The notes under the pieces: model-generated | Told to the model about the DNA's origin: nothing | The model's database searches: none | The model's input: only the letters and a program-made list of their open reading frames with translations | Part shown: positions 34,794 to 49,700 of the stretch, piece by piece | Layout of the letters: every line of letters starts with the position of its first letter | Numbering within the stretch: the first letter of the stretch is position 1 | Translations under genes and position numbers: made by a program | Assembly: GCA_030264375.1 (NCBI GenBank) | Contig: JASCQW010000109.1 | Location: 18,858,685-18,922,674, forward strand | Origin: Carcharhinus longimanus | Taxonomy: Eukaryota | Reading direction: 5' to 3' | DNA length: 63,990 bases

Positions 34794-37700
34794 TTACTCC
34801 TGAATGAGTTGCTGCTGCTTTTCTCTCCAGTAATCCATTGCTTGCTTGGCCAGTGTTTTCTTTAAAAGTATAGCAAAAAAAATGTTAAATAGTAACACGG
34901 ACATTGCCACAGAAAACTCTCACCTTGCCTGGTTGAATGACGACAAGCAGTGTCAGTGAGTTATAGTGCACCAATCAGTCAAATTCTGCTTTTATTACAA
35001 ACGTTCATGATAAATTTTGCAGTAAAAATAAAAATGCCTTATGAGCATTTACACAGTGACCTAGGAATCCTGATCCACAGCAAAATGCAATGAAGATTGC
35101 ATCATATTTGCTTATATAACCCCTAATGCAATGCAATGAACCAGATTTTGCTAAAAAGGCATACAAACAAAGCAGGTAGCTATTAAAACATAGATAGGCC
35201 AGCAAATTGTACGAAAGATGACTTATTCCATAAACTGAAAACTACCACCAGTTTCTGGCTGATTTGTACCAGTTCACTTTAAGCTCATCACTTGCTTAAC
35301 CTCCCATAATTTTCAGAGTTTCTATTTCCACGTTAATTGCCAGTAAAACTCAAACACAAAGTTAAGACTAAAAGAAAACACTGCGGATGCTGGAATTTTA
35401 AACAAAAACAGAAATTGCTGGAAAATCTCAGCAAGTCTGACAGCATCTGTGGAGGTGGAAAACAGACCTTACATTCGTCAGAGCTGAAGACAAAGAAAAC
35501 AGGACAAGATTTATACTGTAAGGGCAGAACAGAGGTGGGGAAGTATAATTGACAAAGATGTAATAGACAAAAAGACAAAGGGAATGTAAATGGTGGTAGT
35601 TAAGGCTGGGAATGGTGCTAAAAGCAGCCCATGAAGCCCACCTTTTCAGATGAAACACCATTTCACATGCACCTCCTTTAATCTGCTTTATATTCGCTGC
35701 TCCCAACGTGATCTACTCTACATCAGAGACCAACGCAGACTGGGTGACCGATTTGCAGAACACCTTTGGTCCATCCACAAGCAGGACCCAAACATTACTG
35801 TCGCTTGCCATTTCAACACACCATTCTGTTCTCTTGTCCACATGTCTCCCATGGCCTGCTGCATTGTTCCAGTGAAGTCCAACATCAATTGGAGTAACAG
35901 CACCCCACCTTCCGATTAGACGCTTTACAGCCTTCCAGAATTGAGTTAAACAACTTCAGGGCATGAACTCTCTCCTCCACTTCCACTCCATTTATTTCTA
36001 TCTTATTAATCCATTTGTATTACTTGCATCATTTCATTTGTCCACTTCTTAAAAATCTCCTTCTCCATTGTGTTCTGCCCCTCTCCCAAGGGAATGCCAC
36101 ACGCCTCAGGTGGTCCTTTGACACTCTGCACCCTTTTCCTGCCATTTACACATTCTAATTGCTTAATGGGCTGCTATTAGCACCATTCTCAAGTCTTTAC
36201 TCCATTTATGTTCCTTTTTTTCTGTCCATGACATCTTTGTCAATTACACCCCCCACCTTACAGAATAAATCTTGTCCGGTTTTCTTTGTCTTCGCCTCTG
36301 ACGAAGGATTATCCAGACCTGAAACATTAGTTCTAGTCTCTCTCCACTGATGCTGTCAGACCTGCGGAGATTTTCCAGCAATTTCTGACAAAGTCTAGTA
36401 ATTAACAATGCAATGATCCTTTTAATGNNNNNNNNNNNNNNNNNNNNNNNNNNNNNNNNNNNNNNNNNNNNNNNNNNNNNNNNNNNNNNNNNNNNNNNNN
36501 NNNNNNNNNNNNNNNNNNNNNNNNNNNCTTTTAATGATGTAATAATTATTAATGGTTGCCAATCAACATCACTTGCAAAGGAATAAGCAATTAAAAGTTA
36601 CCTCAAGATGAAAACCTTTAGAGTTAAAAATATCTAATTTGAGATGGCCTTTTCTCTTTTACGTTTCCCAATCCAAGGTTTCCCTCACTTGATGTACCTG
36701 ACTTGGCACTGAATTCACCCACCCTAATTCACTTTCTCAGCCCTTCCACTGCATCTTTCTCAATCCTTCAATCTCTTTGATTAAAGAGAAGAAATACTTT
36801 GCCTATTGTTAATCAAGATCCCAGATGGCCTGCTGTCCTTGTCAAATTATCAGCTTACACTTCAAGCAATTGTTTAGGCAATTTTGCCTAAATATGCAAT
36901 TGTAAATATAATTGCCCATGAGCTACTGCAACAAAAGCAGACACACACACATATGTTTCAGTGCATGATGAGATATCTATAATTATTGCTCATTTTTCCA
37001 TATCAATATAGAATAAAAACTGCTCAATTAAGCTGCTCAGTTTAACTCTTGTTGAGTTCAATACTGATAATCTAAGTGGAAACACATTTTCTAAAAACTA
37101 TCTCACCAAAAAATGTGTTGCTGCAAAAAACAATGCATCAGCGATTTAATGGTTGTCTCAGTCTTCAAACTTTCATCTTCCACTTAATAGGATCACACAG
37201 ATGGGCTGAAATACTTTATTTTTCACATGAATTACATGCACTATTTGACCCTTCCCCTTCTGACAATACATAACTCCACACTTGGGCTACCTAGAAGAAA
37301 CGTTCCACATTTTGAAACTGCCTGTTCTTATCGCCCGGCTTAGATTGCATGACTAAAGATAGAAATTGGAAACTATTGGAACTTTGTCTTCCTTATTCTG
37401 AAAGCTAAGCTTCTTCAAAAAGGGATGCATGTGGAAAGAAAGAAAAATCTACTTCCCTTAAAATTCAGACTTACCTTGAGTCTCTGATAATGATCAACGG
37501 TGCCACAATGAGTCTGCTTCGCTGTCTCTTCACTTGTGTAGAAGAGACAGCAGAGTTTGCAATAGTAGCCAGTTTTTGGAACCACATAATCTAACCCTGA
37601 AAGAGAGTACAATGCTCTATTAGCTTTCTGATCATTACAGTGCGAGTACTTAAATATTGCTGAAGCAGACACTGCAAATATTATTCCTGGATATGTTGCA

Positions 37701-40700
37701 CAGCGATGCAAAGCACACTGGTACAGAATATATAGAAGGAAAAAAGTTAAAACATAATGTAGGGTTCAGATATTACAGGCTGTATACCAGCTTACAGAAA
37801 TTACAAATATGCAGAGTATTTATTAATATCTACAGAATGGCAGGACCAATGTAATGTGCTTAATCAAGAAGCATGCATTTTCCATTAAAAATGCAAGCCA
37901 CGGGATGATGTGGTACCTCAGTTTACAAAATATTTAAGAAGTACCCACACTGATGCCTGACAGATGATGTACTGACATTAGTATTGAGCTTTATCAAACA
38001 CTGTTAATTACTCATTGTTTGACAGCATTTTTTTTGTTGTAAAACTCAATGGGTCCAATTTTACCATCACGTTGCACCTGTTTTCTGGCACGAAAACTTG
38101 ACAACGTAGGACATGAAACGAGTAGCGCAATCCGTATCCACCTCTCTGCCGGTTCCCCCTTTACCAAGGCCCAAAAATGGCCTTGTATGCATTTAAATAG
38201 ACTTAATGGGCTGCATGCCTAACTTTACCAGCACTTGCCCCTTCACCACTGTGTTTGCCCTTCCAGAATCGGCATGAAACAGACATACTCCATAGGAGTC
38301 TGATTCAGGCAGTTAGTAAAGAGGTAGGTGCCGAGCATCCGATGGCTCGGCGCTTGTGTGTGTGTGTGCGTGGGAGGCATTATCCAGCCTGCGAGGGATG
38401 TGGCAGGGGAGTGGAGGTACCGAAGGTTCCAGCTGCATTAAGCCCCGCCTACAGGCTTGTGAAGCACAATTCAGAATCGCTGATATTTCTGCAGGCAGAG
38501 CACGGGGGGAAGGAGATTGCCTGAGAACGAGTCTAAAAATTGGGTCTGAAACACTCCCAGTTTCAAGTCCACCCAGCATTTAGAATCAAGATGATAAATT
38601 AGGGCCCTTGTCTCAATTTGAACTATGAAGAAATTGCTTAAAAGCCTGGAACAGCTATGATACAAGCCCTGCCTCAAATTTTGGATGGGCAAGTTGAACT
38701 TTCTGGATCAAAAACAACTAATATTTGGCCATTGCTTCTTAATTAATCTGTTACTTAACCTATTCAACGAAGAACCTATGACTGAGAAACAATACCGAGA
38801 GTCAGCTAAGTAGATCTACAGCTACAAAATACATAAATCAGTAGCGACAAAGGACCAAAATGTTTAGTCCTCTTAAATTTAGGATTTCTACTGTGTAGTC
38901 CGGTTCCTGCCTGGTGACAGTGCCGTTCAAGACACACAGGTGCAAGAATCACGAATATTGAATTTGGTAGCTAATTAGTCTTAGTTAAGTTCAATTTTCA
39001 CTCTGGAGAAAAGGGCTTTACCCTCAAGGTCACTTTCTGAAGATAAACTGCAACTGATCCAACAAGCTGTGCATGAGCCAGGGTTTTCAGTTTAAAACTT
39101 GCCGAGCCATAACCTTATCCTCAATCAACTTTATTGCTGGGGGATCACAAGTTGATAAATGTATCAGCCATGACCTCTGCCAGTCTTCCAGGAATGTACT
39201 AGACGTTGTTAAAGAAAAATGGTCTCTTTGCAAAGAGATTGCAAGAAAAACAAAATCATGAAAACTGAACAGATGCAATGCTATCTTTACAAGGCATTTA
39301 ATAGAGCCACATAAGACATCATAAGCCACAAGAAATAGAAGTTTGAGTAAACTACATGGCCCTTTGAGCCCATCCGCCACTCAATCTGATCATGACTGGT
39401 GTTCTTCCTCAACTCTACTTTCCCATCTGCTCCCCAAATCCCTTCATTCCCTGAAAGTTCAAAGATCTATCTATCCCAGCCTTGAATATATTCAATGTTG
39501 GTACATCCACAATCCTGAGTAGAGAATTCCAAAGGTTCATAACCCTAAATGGAGAAAATTTTCCTCATCTCAGTCCTAGATAATCAACTCTTATCCTGAA
39601 ACTCTGCCCTAGTTTTCTAGGCCCTGCAGACAGGGGTCAAATGTCAAGCTCCTTCAGAACATTGTCTGTTTCAATGACATCACCTCTTCTCAATTTCATA
39701 GAGTCTGCATCTCAGAACCCAATCAATTCTACCTTTGCTCCAATGCCTTAAGTATATGTCACCAAAGGAGTGACAAATATCCCCATCCTCAAGATGGAAG
39801 AGCTTAAAACATCAGTGTACAGATAAGGTTGAAGCGTTCAAAACAATTTTCAGCTCAAAGTGTCGAGTGGGTGATCCATCTTGGCCTCCACTGGAGGGCC
39901 TCAGCAGAGTAAGAAGTCTCACAATACCAGGTTAAAGTCCAACAGGTTTATTTGGTAGTAAATGCCACTAGCTTTTAGAGCGCTGCTCCTTCGTCAGGAC
40001 CTGACAAAGGAGCAGCGCTCATCAACAGTGCTATCATCTGCTCACTGATGCTCAGTTAGGGTTCCACCAGGGTCACTCAGCTCCTGACCTCATTACAGCT
40101 TGATTTAAACAAGAACAGAAGAATTGTACTCCAGTCGTGAAGTGAGTGTGACTGCTCTTGACATCAAAGCAGAATTGATTCAGTGCGGCAGTAAGCTCCA
40201 TCAAAACTGAAATTAATGGAAATTAGGGGGAAAAACCACCTGCTGATTGGAGTCATACCTAACACAAAGGAAGATGGTTGAAGATCAATCATCTCAGTTC
40301 CAGGACATTACTGCATGAGTTCCTCAGAGTAGTGTCCTAGGCCTAACCATCTTAAGCTGCTTCATCAATAATCTTCCTTCTGTCATAAAGTCAAAAGTGG
40401 GGATGTTCATTGGTGAGTGCACAACATTAAGCACCATTTGTGACTGCTCAGATAGTGAAGCAATCCATGACCAAATGCAGCAGCGAGTAATATTCACACC
40501 ACACAAATGTCAGGTAATGACCATCTCTAACAAGAGAAAATCTAACCATTGCCCATGATATTCAGTGGTACTTTCATCACTGAATCCCCCACTATTAACA
40601 TGCTAGAGGTTACCATTGTCCAGAAACTGAACTGGACTAGCCATGTAAATACTGTGGATACAATCGCAGGTCAGGATCGAGGAATTCTGCAGCAGATAAC

Positions 40701-43700
40701 CCATCTCCTGACTTCACAAAGTCTGTACACCATCTACAAAGTACAAATTAGGTGTGTACTCCTCAAAGCTTAACCAATCTTCCAAGATGCTAATATATTA
40801 CCCCGACTCTGTGAGCCTTTACTTTGCATAATAACCTTTATTAAATTTATTACTGAATGTGTTTTGGAAATGCAAGCATATTGCTTCTACAGGGTCTCTG
40901 TTATCGATCCCACTGGATACCCTCAAAAAAGAATACGCTTGTCAAACTCTATGCCTCTTTTGCAAAACTGCATTGGGCATACTTCTAATTTTTCTAACAG
41001 CATTGTTACAATTTTATTAATATTAGATTACAGAGTTTCCCTGATGACTGATGCCAGGCTAATGAACCTTTAGTTTTTAGTTCTTCCTCCTTTCTTGGAA
41101 TACATAACATTAGATTTGCTAATTTCTAATTTGCTAGGACGATTCGAGAACCTAGGAAATTTTGGAAAATCATACTCAGTGAGAATGATTGACGACAATA
41201 AGTTTGAAATTTCGCGGCTGAAGAGAAAATGGTTGGAAAATGTTGTGTGACAATAGAATCATGAACACATTATAACACAATCTTGCAAATATACTACAAC
41301 ATGAAGAATCAGAAAATTACAGTACTTTTAATCAGCTGAGTGAAATGTTTCTAGGCTACTTCAAATGAGAATTGTAAGGTACCATAAAATGAATGGACTC
41401 ACTTTTGGAGACTAAATCTAACAGCCACCTGATATAGCTAGGATGCACTTTCCAGTTACCTCATTATAAAGGAACACGATACAAAGCATATCAAAGTATC
41501 AATGGGGCAAGGGGGAGGGGGGAGAAGGGAGGGGCAAGAGGGAGGGAGATGATAAGAGACAGTGTCCTATGGAGAAGTATAAAAAAAAGAAAGCCACAGG
41601 AAAGGACTGAACTTTTTTTTTGTTTGGTTATTGTTCTTCCAACAGTAGTTTTTAAACTTGAAAGCCAGACCCAGGGGTGTTTTTAGAAAGAAAAATAAGT
41701 ATTTTAAAAGAGTTGAGAAAGCGTATACATAAATGAAATAAGCTGCAAGTGTGAAAGTGAGCAATGTTACCTGCTACCCGAGAATCATAGAATCCCTATA
41801 GCACAGAGAAACCATTCAGCCCATTGAGCCTGTGCCAACAACAATCCCACCCAGCCCTATTCCCATAACCCTATCTATTTACCTTGTTCACCTCCTTGAC
41901 ACTAAGTGACAAGTTAGCATGACCAATCAACCTAACCCACACATCTTTGGACTGTGGGAAGAAACTCACATAACAGAAAATGTGCAAACTCCACACAGAC
42001 AGTTACCCAAGGCTGCAATTGAACCCAGGTTCCTGTTGCTGTGAGGTAGCAGTGCTAACGACTGTGCTCCCCCCCTCTCCCATCTTATCACGTAGGCTTA
42101 TCCATGAAGTGTTAGCTTTTAGGGGAGAAACCACATGCCTGTGAGCACCNNNNNNNNNNNNNNNNNNNNNNNNNNNNNNNNNNNNNNNNNNNNNNNNNNN
42201 NNNNNNNNNNNNNNNNNNNNNNNNNNNNNNNNNNNNNNNNNNNNNNNNNCAAATGCCTGTGAGCACCTGCTAAAAATCACGAAGAATCAGCAGTTGTATG
42301 GGGAATAAAAGACAAAAAAATTGAGAGGTGGTAATTAATGTTAAGAATGCTGAATTAGTGATCCTCAGAAACTAGTTCAAATTTTACCTCAGCAGCTGGG
42401 GAAATTAAATTCATTAAATAAAAGTCCAGCATCAGCAATGTTGACAATAAAACTATCGGACTGTGATTTAAAAAATCTGGTTCACATCATTTAGGAAAGA
42501 AAGTCTGCTATCTCTAAATGCTCTGACCCAAATGTAACTTCATAACTCACAACTGGTTGACTCTTAACTCCCTCATGGCTTAGCTAACTGCTCAGTTGTA
42601 TACAACAAGGTAGTTCTTCTCAAGGGCATTTAAGGGTGACGAATAAATGTTGGCCTTACCAGTGTCACCTACATCCTATGAATATTAAAGAAAACTTACC
42701 TACAGGATTGTTGGGTTTATATGGCCCAAGCTTGTATTCATCTGGAAGAGGAGAGAGTGCCTGGATCTGTTCACTTGATGGTTCTTCACACATTGTGGAA
42801 TTGTTTCCCTTTGCTTCTTCATCAATTTTTCTATCAGCTTCGGGGTTTTCATCCATATTGTTTCTTAGATTAAACCTCTGTCTTTCGGCATCTTGTTCAC
42901 CTTTGCTTACATCAGCATCCATTTTGTCTGTTTGGACAGATTTTATTTTCGGAGCCAGGATACCATGCGGGTCATCAACCTCCTCAAAGGCAAAAAACTC
43001 ATCTATATATTCTGGACACCGTATGCCTTCTGATCTCTGAAGTGAAACAAAAATTACAATAGTATAAATAAAACGTCACAGGTTCAAAATGTGATTCAAC
43101 AGTTTCACTGTACAGAGAAGTTCACTTGCAAGATGTTTGGTTGCTCCAATGTCATTTTTGGATAAGAGAACAGAATGCAGCACTGGCCATTTTAGGTTTG
43201 AGTACGGTAAAGATGCAACTGTCTCAAAACCATCACTGCATATAATTTCATTTTAGAGTTAAATTACAGATGTTCTAAAAGTAAGCAAATGAGTAAAAAA
43301 AAAACAAATTCATACAGTGAGGCAGAAACTCAAAGAATTCAGAGAAAACATGCAGGATAAAAAGGGAGGTTTCTACAGGTAAAGACCATCCAAAAGGTCT
43401 TTCGGATTTAGTGTCAAAATTCAGCTGGATCAATGCTGGAGCTGAAGCAGCTTCTGCTAAATAGTGCTAAAGACACCACCAACAATCAATGAATGGTCCA
43501 AAGGCAAGTCAGCAACTGTTATACTTCACCACTCAAAACCAGACATGTCATCATGCAGCACTCGATTAATGGCCAGAGGCTTTTTCACCAACACTGGAGT
43601 AGATGAAAGGAGGACTCTTTTGTCTTTTGTTTGGCTATACAAACCAATGTGGCTCTACAAATATTATTTTATGTCAGAGAGTTCCTCTGTGCTTAAATGG

Positions 43701-46700
43701 ACTCCAAGATGTTCTAGATAGACGGTTCCAAGTACTGATTCATTGGATATTATTATTATTATTCATACATTTTCATCACCATTCTTCTGTCCTTTTTTAA
43801 AATAATATGCATGCCAATGTTCACCATTCCTCCCCAACTCTAACTACACATTCTCTCGTTTCTTCCTTCCTCCTTTCCCCGAGTAAAAACCTGAAGCAGC
43901 TATTTGCTTTTCTTTACAAGCAAGTGAGAATTTTGTAACATTGCTTAGCTTTATTCATTTACTCTAGTTTGAAGAGGAGACCGGTGAAGTCAAATAGCAT
44001 GACTATCAGTATCAAAACGATCAATCATTTTTGAGTCTGGTCAAATGTAGAGAAGTGGATGGTGGAAAACTGAGCAGTTGATTGGATTTTAAAATGATTT
44101 GTACCTTTGAATAGTTAATGCAAATATAAAGCCAGATGTGATTCACACATCAAAGCAAACCATCAGGTGAGTTGAAATGGCCTGATGACTGAGATGTATT
44201 CAATGTGAAAACAAAGGGATGGTTAATGTAGTCTCAGCCCAGTAGCTGTGGGACTGCTTCTCTATGGATACTCTGCTTTGCTTATTGCTGACCATATGTC
44301 ATAATACATTGTGAAGTCACTATAACAAGTTATCAAGATTCTCAACACAAGTGCTGCAAGAATTATGACGTCCATTGACTGTGTCTACACTTTCCGCTGC
44401 CTCTGCAAAGCAGCCAGCATAATTAAGGACCCCACGCATCCCAGACATTCTCGCTCCCACCTTATTCTGTCTGGAAAAAGATACATAAGTTGGAGGTCAC
44501 ATATCAACTGACTCAAAAACAGCTTCTTTCCTGCTGCCATCAGGCTTTTCAATGCACCTAACTTGCATTAAGTTGACCTTTCTCTATACACTAGCTGTAA
44601 CTGTCGCACAACATTCTGCGTTCTCTTGTTATGAATTGTCTGTATAGCGTGCAAGAAACAATACTTTTCACTGTATGCTAATACATGTGACAATAAATCA
44701 AATCAAAAAATTATCCAGTGCAAGGATCTCTCTGAAGGCCAGGTCCACGTGCAGTTTTCCTAAATTGAAAGAACAAAATCTTGGAAGCAGATAGAAAATG
44801 TGAACTGCCCCATCCAGTGACGTAACATCAAAGGAACTAAAGTGAATGATGGCTTTTTGGAAGTGGGGATATCCTGCAGTAGAGGACAGCGCAAGAATAG
44901 CATGCAGAGATCACAGCAATTCTCATCCATTGTTCACATGGAAGTGAAAAGAATTTGCCAAGTATATAAGATTTCCAATTTAATCATGCTACAAAATTAT
45001 CATGTGAATTTCTTCAAAAGAATAACCTCCTTAAATGTCCGCCCCACCACGTCCCAAGAGAATGGCAATATTCAATCTGTATGTGAAGGCTACATGAAAA
45101 GCATTGGGTTTGCTCTTAACCATTGTCTTGTGCTGCCATGTTGGAATTTATAAACAGCAACTCATTTCAGACTCCAGCTGCAGCAGGATAAATAGTTCTT
45201 GTGGAAGGGAGGGGAGAATAGACAAGTACTCTTGTTAAAAAAAAACCTTCTCTTGCCTGATAACTACTATAATAATGTTATCTTCTTGAACTTTTGTTCT
45301 GTTTCTAGTATAGAATATGGCATACAATCATTGTCACTTTACTACAAATACACACTAAACTGAATCCAGACTGAAAAATGACTGAAATGCAAGAATACAA
45401 AAGCATCATAATACCTGAATAAAAAAGGGTATGAACCCTGTTAGGGAAGCATGAATCCATAAACAAGTTTCACCCTTTTCTGTAATCCAAATCATACATA
45501 TTTAGTACTAAAAATTGTCAGAATATTTAAACAAATTATGTCTACCTTTCCAGGTAATCGTGCTGAGATCTGAGAACCTGACTCTGCATCATCAGCCTCC
45601 TCTTTAGTTTCACATTCGCTGAAGTGCCCAACTTCCATATCTGGTTCCAATTCCACTTCCATATCATCACCAGGTTCTAACTTGGCTTTCACTGATTCAT
45701 CATAGGCCAACAGTAAGTCTTCTGCGCCATCTTCCTCATCATTATCAGTGTCTGGTGAAGGGCTGCCCTGTGACTTTACTTTAGCAATATTTTCTCCTTC
45801 CGTCTGTTTGGAATCTTTATTTTCCTCCATTGAAGGAGAGTCCATCTGTGTACTTTCATGGTCTGTTTCCTTCGAATTCTTGGATTTGTCTTGAGCCTTT
45901 CTCTTATTGCTGGGGGATCGTGCTCTTTTAGAAGGACTGTGAGAACGACCTCTTTTCCTGAAATCAAACATCCACAAAAACATGAATTGAACTATCAGGC
46001 AATTCAAAAACTACCATCATGAGTGTTTTCCTAAAGAAAAAGGCCAGAGTTTCAACGCACCGTTGGTCTGTATCTTTGATTACAAGCTCCTGATTTTAGT
46101 TGATGTAAAAAGAACAGGTGCCAAGAATTTGTCAATATAGGAAAAATAATAATCACTCACAGCATTAGGAAATGGACTAAATACAAAAAAAAACTGGCTT
46201 TGAATCTACGAGCGGATGATTGCATTTGCTTTCTGCTCCTGTCTTATGACTAGTGCATCAAATGATGACATTAACAGGTTAAAATCACTCTGAATTCAAA
46301 GCTAAGTTGTCCATAATTATGTCTTAATTGCACTCATAAACACTGAAGATTTAGTGCCCCACCAAGGGCTGTCAACCCATCTCATTTGCGTTTGATTTTT
46401 GTTTTACATAGAAGAGTATTAAGTCTGAAGATCAGTTGACATGTAAATAGATGCCTTGATGCTCCAGGAGAGTACACTGCTCTAAGGTTATAAACAAATC
46501 TGTTATTTAGTCTAAAAAGAATTGGTGGTTGAGTGAGTGGAAAGATTATACCAATTTTTTAAGGTCTTTATTTTTTCTCTCCTTTCCACATGCTGCAATC
46601 CATCAATGATGGCTGTCACCAAACCCACAAGCTTGCACTAAAGATGCTCTGAAATTAGCAGCAGAAATGTGTACAGCAGAGCTGTCTTTGTTGCATCTGC

Positions 46701-49700
46701 TTAATTGCTAATGCCTGTATGTCAAACTGCACCATACTCCAAAAAAAATTTACAAAATACTTACACTGCAGATATTTCTAAAGATAAATTTCTAAATTAT
46801 TAATATCTAATGCAGCTTAATTACATTTGCTTAACTGTCTTTCAAATAAGTTTAAATAATTCCCAATGAGTTACTGTTGAAACTTAGCCAACATAAATAA
46901 ATAGAACATTTAAGTACACAGCTTACCGGTTTTCTCGCTCTCTGTTTCTTAACAGTTCGTCAACTCCTTTGCCTTGTTTCTGAAAGAAATAAAATATTAA
47001 TTCCCTTGTTGCCACCTGAGTTAATTCTTGAAGTAGCGGAGAATTCTTAAAGTACAATACTAACTCATTTATGAAGGAGCTCTTACGCTAGACAATTTAA
47101 ATAATTTGCTTATTAAAGGTATGAGAAAGTATGTCATCATTCTGCTACTAAAGCATCAAACCCAGCAGTAAATCCCACAGTTTTAAGAGGTCATTCTGCA
47201 TGTGCGATTCAATTGTTCTGGTACTTACTATGAATATCTGCTTCCAACTATTTAGCTGGGACAGCGTTTGTTCTACTCAGGCAGCAGTGGTATGCTTTGG
47301 TTGAGGTAAATGATGTTTACCACAGTAGCAATGCAAGTTGAAAGGGCATTGTTGTGTGCCAGTGAAGCAGACCAATTTTGCAAATCCCAAAGCCAACATT
47401 TCAATAACCATATCCAGGTACTCACTGGGCTCAATCCTAATAAATAAAATTTAACATTAACATATGACTTACCCTCAATACTAGATTTTTATATTTTTGA
47501 GACAAATATACTTTCAGCTCTCTGCCATGGAACATAAGAGGTATTTTCTTGAATTTCTCAATCATGGCCATTGCTATTTGGTGTGTTTCCATTTCCAGGA
47601 AAACCTGTAGTTGAAACAAAGGATCATTAGGAAACGTAACTAAGACCGGAAATAGAGGCAAACAATCCCTACAGTTCAGAAAGAGGCCTTTCGGCGCATT
47701 GAGTCTGCATTGACTCTCCAAAAGGGCATTACCCATCCTCTATATCCCTATGACACCGCACACAGAACACAGCTAATCCACCTAATCTGCACATCCTTAG
47801 ATTGTGCGAAGAAACCCACGCAGACACGGGAACAACGTGAAAACTCCACACAGTCACCCAAGGCTAGAATCGAACCCGGGTCCCTGGCCTTGTGAGGCAG
47901 CAGTGCTAACCACTGTGCCACCCCTCCAATAGGTTCAGCACCACAGCAGAAAAAGACTTACTATAGGCAGCCATATATTCAATCTTCGAAAGAAGTTCAC
48001 TTATAATTAGGAATGGCCAGAAATCTTGCCAGGGAAAATAACATTAACACCATCTTTCCAAAAAAATATATATTTGGACAGCAGACATTTCTTTCTCTCA
48101 TTGTGTTAGTTCAGAGCCTTCATATTAAGCAGGTTTATTGTTATATATCTAATGATACTACGATCCTTAGAAACAATTCAAATATTTACTAACAATCAAT
48201 TGTGCATAATCCCTTCTCAAATCTAACAAAGCATCATCCCTAATATCCTTTTATAACGTGTCATGTGAAACAAGTAACTCTCACTCACTTAAAATGCTTC
48301 TGCTTTTTTTACATGAGTTTGATCATTCAACATTATAAAATGCATGACTCAGTTATTCTGCCGTCTTACTATTTTTATTGTTTCCACTTTTAGAACAGCA
48401 CTGATGTCACAACCGCACCAGCAATAGGTCATCTTCATAGTTGACTATCTATTTTTACCTGTTCATATATACCTCTACTCCTACCCATCTCAATTTTCTG
48501 CTTATGTCATGATGTCAATATTTTATCTTAATATTTGCAGATACTACTGTAGCCAATAATTAATTCCAAATTCAAAACTTGGATCAGTGAAGCAACAGCT
48601 AGTGCAGCTGAATGAATCAACTGCCCATGGCTCAAAAGTAAAGAGAGGAGAGAGGAATGGTTGGATGGAGCACTTCCCATTTACAATACTGGTGCACGAG
48701 ATCACAATCACCTTCAACATCTCCTTCATGACTATCCTGACCTGGATATACTTAGTTGCCTCTTTACTGTCATTAAGTCATCATTTCTACCCAACAGCAT
48801 TGTGGGGCACCTTCATGAAGTGGACTGCGACAGTTCAAGGAGACCATCATCACCTTCAAAGGCAATGAACAGATGATAAATGTCAGCCTTGCCAGCACTG
48901 CTCATTTCCCAGAATTAAAAAAACTGCATGCTACTTAAGGTGGTAGCAAATTGCATTAAAAACAAGTTATGTATTAAAATCTTTCCACTAACCATAAGAA
49001 TGAGAGTAGCCAATGGCAAAAAGGTCTGAAAATTCATGACATGGAATCATGTAATTTTTGTACTTTTTTCATGGCCTGCAGTGAACTGGGGTTTCTGAAG
49101 CTCTCCCCTCCTCGTGTTGGGGAGGCAGAAAAATTTAAAAGGACGGAATTCCCTTATGCTAAGTCAGAATTCCACTAAACAATGGAAGTCCCCCCTGCCT
49201 CCCCTTAATACACATCAGTTTTAGAACAAAATGACCAAACAAATGCTAAGTTAAAATAAATGTTAATTCTATTTGAAGGATTATAATGTCAAATCCTAAC
49301 AGGATAAAGAAGCAAAATCAAGGAACTTGCAACACAATCTTTAAATAGCTTGAACAAGGCAAGTCCTGAATTCTTCGAAACACACAGTATTAAAATCCTG
49401 CAACCATTGAAATGCCAACAAGTCATACTCCAGTATATATTTGGCGGCTATTATTTTAAAAGAAACAATTCCTCACTACCAGAACAGTAATATATGATCC
49501 AAGTAAATTAATTCCTTTTATTACTCAGTCATAAAATATTTCACATTATTGCTGACATTTTGAATTCCACAGCACCTGATTCTTAACTCTCATCAGTAGG
49601 TAATTGGTCACTTTTCCAAAGGGTATACCAAGGCATACAATTTCTGAATCAGTGTAGCCAACAGAAGGCAAGTTGCTGATGTGGACCACCCGACTGCGTT

